Source: Candidatus Binatia bacterium
GTDB lineage: Bacteria > Desulfobacterota > Binatia > HRBIN30
Direction of reading: 5' to 3'
DNA: 64,000 bases
NCBI GenBank assembly: GCA_050015455.1
Contig: JBEKBJ010000017.1
Coordinates: 5,375-69,374 of the forward strand
In this document: positions 63,074-64,000 of the stretch, piece by piece
Position numbering within the stretch: the stretch's first letter is position 1
How the letters are laid out: each line of letters opens with the position of its first letter
Program-made: the position numbers and the translations under genes
Notes under the pieces: model-generated
What the model was told of the DNA's origin: nothing
What the model saw: the letters and a program-made list of their open reading frames with translations, nothing else
Databases searched by the model: none

Positions 63074-64000
63074 GCCGTTTCCACGCGCAGCTCGATCGCG
63101 CCTTCAACGCCCGGGTGGTCGCCGTCGTCGGTGACAAGCGTCACAACGCCTTCATCTGGCTCCGGGGGTTGCGCAACTTTTCACGCCAGCTCTACTCGGT
63201 GCAAATCGAGCCGAAGGAGGTGGCTGCGATCGAGGCCATGGGCGTGCGCAACGTGCGCAGCCTCTCCGAGATCCCCGAGCCCATCGACTACGCCGTGCTG
63301 GTGGTGCCGCGCGCCGCGGTGCCGAGCGCGCTGCGAGACTGCGCGCGGCAGCAGGTCGGCGCGGTCACCGTATTCACCGCGGGATTCTCCGAGACCGGTG
63401 AAGTCGAGGGCATCCGCCTCGAGCAGGAGATCCTGGCGATTGCCCGGCAGGCCAATCTGTTGGTGATTGGACCTAACTGCATGGGTGTGGCGAACCCACG
63501 GCTGGGGTTGTGCAACTTCCCCGGTGAAGCGTCCGGTCCCGAAGCCGCCGGACCGGTCGCCTTCATGGGCCAAAGCGGCACGCACACCATTACGTTTTGC
63601 ATGCGCGCCCCCGCCGAGGGCGTCGGCATCAGCAAGGCGGTGAGTTTTGGAAACGCCCTGACGGCGGATGCCGCCGACTATCTCGATTACCTGCGCACGG
63701 ATGATGAGACCAGCGTCATCTGCGCGTACATCGAGGGGGTGCGCGACGGGCGGCGGTTTTACGACGTGCTGCGGCAAACCACCCCGACGAAGCCGGTCAT
63801 TCTGTGGAAAGGTGGGGTCAGCGCCGCCGGACAGCGCGCCATCTTCTCGCACACGGCCGCCCTGGCAACGCCACAGGCAGTGTGGCAGGGCATGGTCCGG
63901 CAGGCCGGCGCCATCAGCGTCGAGTCGCAAGATGAGTTGCTGGACGTGGCGCGCACGCTGCTCGCGGGCAAGAGCGCGCACGGCTGGCGTGCCGGTCTGG
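63070..64000 (+). CDS. ADP-forming acyl-CoA synthetase alpha subunit (CoA-binding), 3' end beyond window
   Basis: Absent from the ORF track because it is open at the window edge. A GTG at 63070 overlaps the beta stop (GTGA). Manual translation gives VVAVVGDKRHNAF, VIGPNCMGV, FMGQSGTH and SHTAALA (phosphohistidine loop). Confidence 0.82.
   Translation, partial: MSRFHAQLDRAFNARVVAVVGDKRHNAFIWLRGLRNFSRQLYSVQIEPKEVAAIEAMGVRNVRSLSEIPEPIDYAVLVVPRAAVPSALRDCARQQVGAVTVFTAGFSETGEVEGIRLEQEILAIARQANLLVIGPNCMGVANPRLGLCNFPGEASGPEAAGPVAFMGQSGTHTITFCMRAPAEGVGISKAVSFGNALTADAADYLDYLRTDDETSVICAYIEGVRDGRRFYDVLRQTTPTKPVILWKGGVSAAGQRAIFSHTAALATPQAVWQGMVRQAGAISVESQDELLDVARTLLAGKSAHGWRAGL

Overview
High-GC bacterial chromosomal segment, about two-thirds G+C judged by eye. 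It has no rRNA and no CRISPR array, and carries one tRNA-Ala(GGC). About 60 protein-coding genes can be supported.

The dominant theme is anaerobic-type 2-oxoacid / acyl-CoA metabolism:
- three separate 2-oxoacid:ferredoxin oxidoreductase systems: a delta-alpha-beta-gamma operon at 21.2-24.1 kb, a gamma/delta-fusion-alpha-beta operon at 25.8-28.9 kb, and iorAB at 43.8-46.0 kb
- two ADP-forming acyl-CoA synthetases, one fused (35.1-37.4 kb) and one split (62.35 kb to the window end)
- paaK, a hot-dog thioesterase and a thiolase.

Other supported genes:
- regulation and transport: an NtrB/NtrC-type pair, ExbB/ExbD, a TetR-EmrA-EmrB efflux operon, a sugar ABC transporter
- cell envelope: glmU, an SLT-domain transglycosylase, a GT-C-like membrane protein
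- other enzymes: an ABC1 kinase, an SDR, bcp, a sulfotransferase, a TrpB2-type enzyme, an aldo/keto reductase, a pirin.

Accessory or decayed patches:
- an island at 11.4-14.1 kb bounded by two IS1182-like transposase N-terminal remnants that share a 34-nt exact direct repeat. It carries a visibly lower-GC FAD oxidoreductase and a decayed DUF4160/DUF2442 pair.
- a toxin-antitoxin / nucleotidyltransferase patch at 34.4-41.2 kb, including an MNT antitoxin next to a truncated HEPN remnant
- an IS200/RAYT-like C-terminal remnant at 47.9 kb next to a short dispersed motif-plus-hairpin element.

Candidates for something not yet described:
- a co-directional AAA+ ATPase / XRE-HTH / HExxH protein / SpoIIIAA-like R3H ATPase cluster (3.9-8.1 kb)
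- a 931-aa secreted FG-GAP propeller protein with a novel-looking 7-Cys repeat array and a C-terminal anchor-like tail (54.2-57.0 kb).

All functional calls come from motif recognition by eye on the supplied translations. No database search was run.
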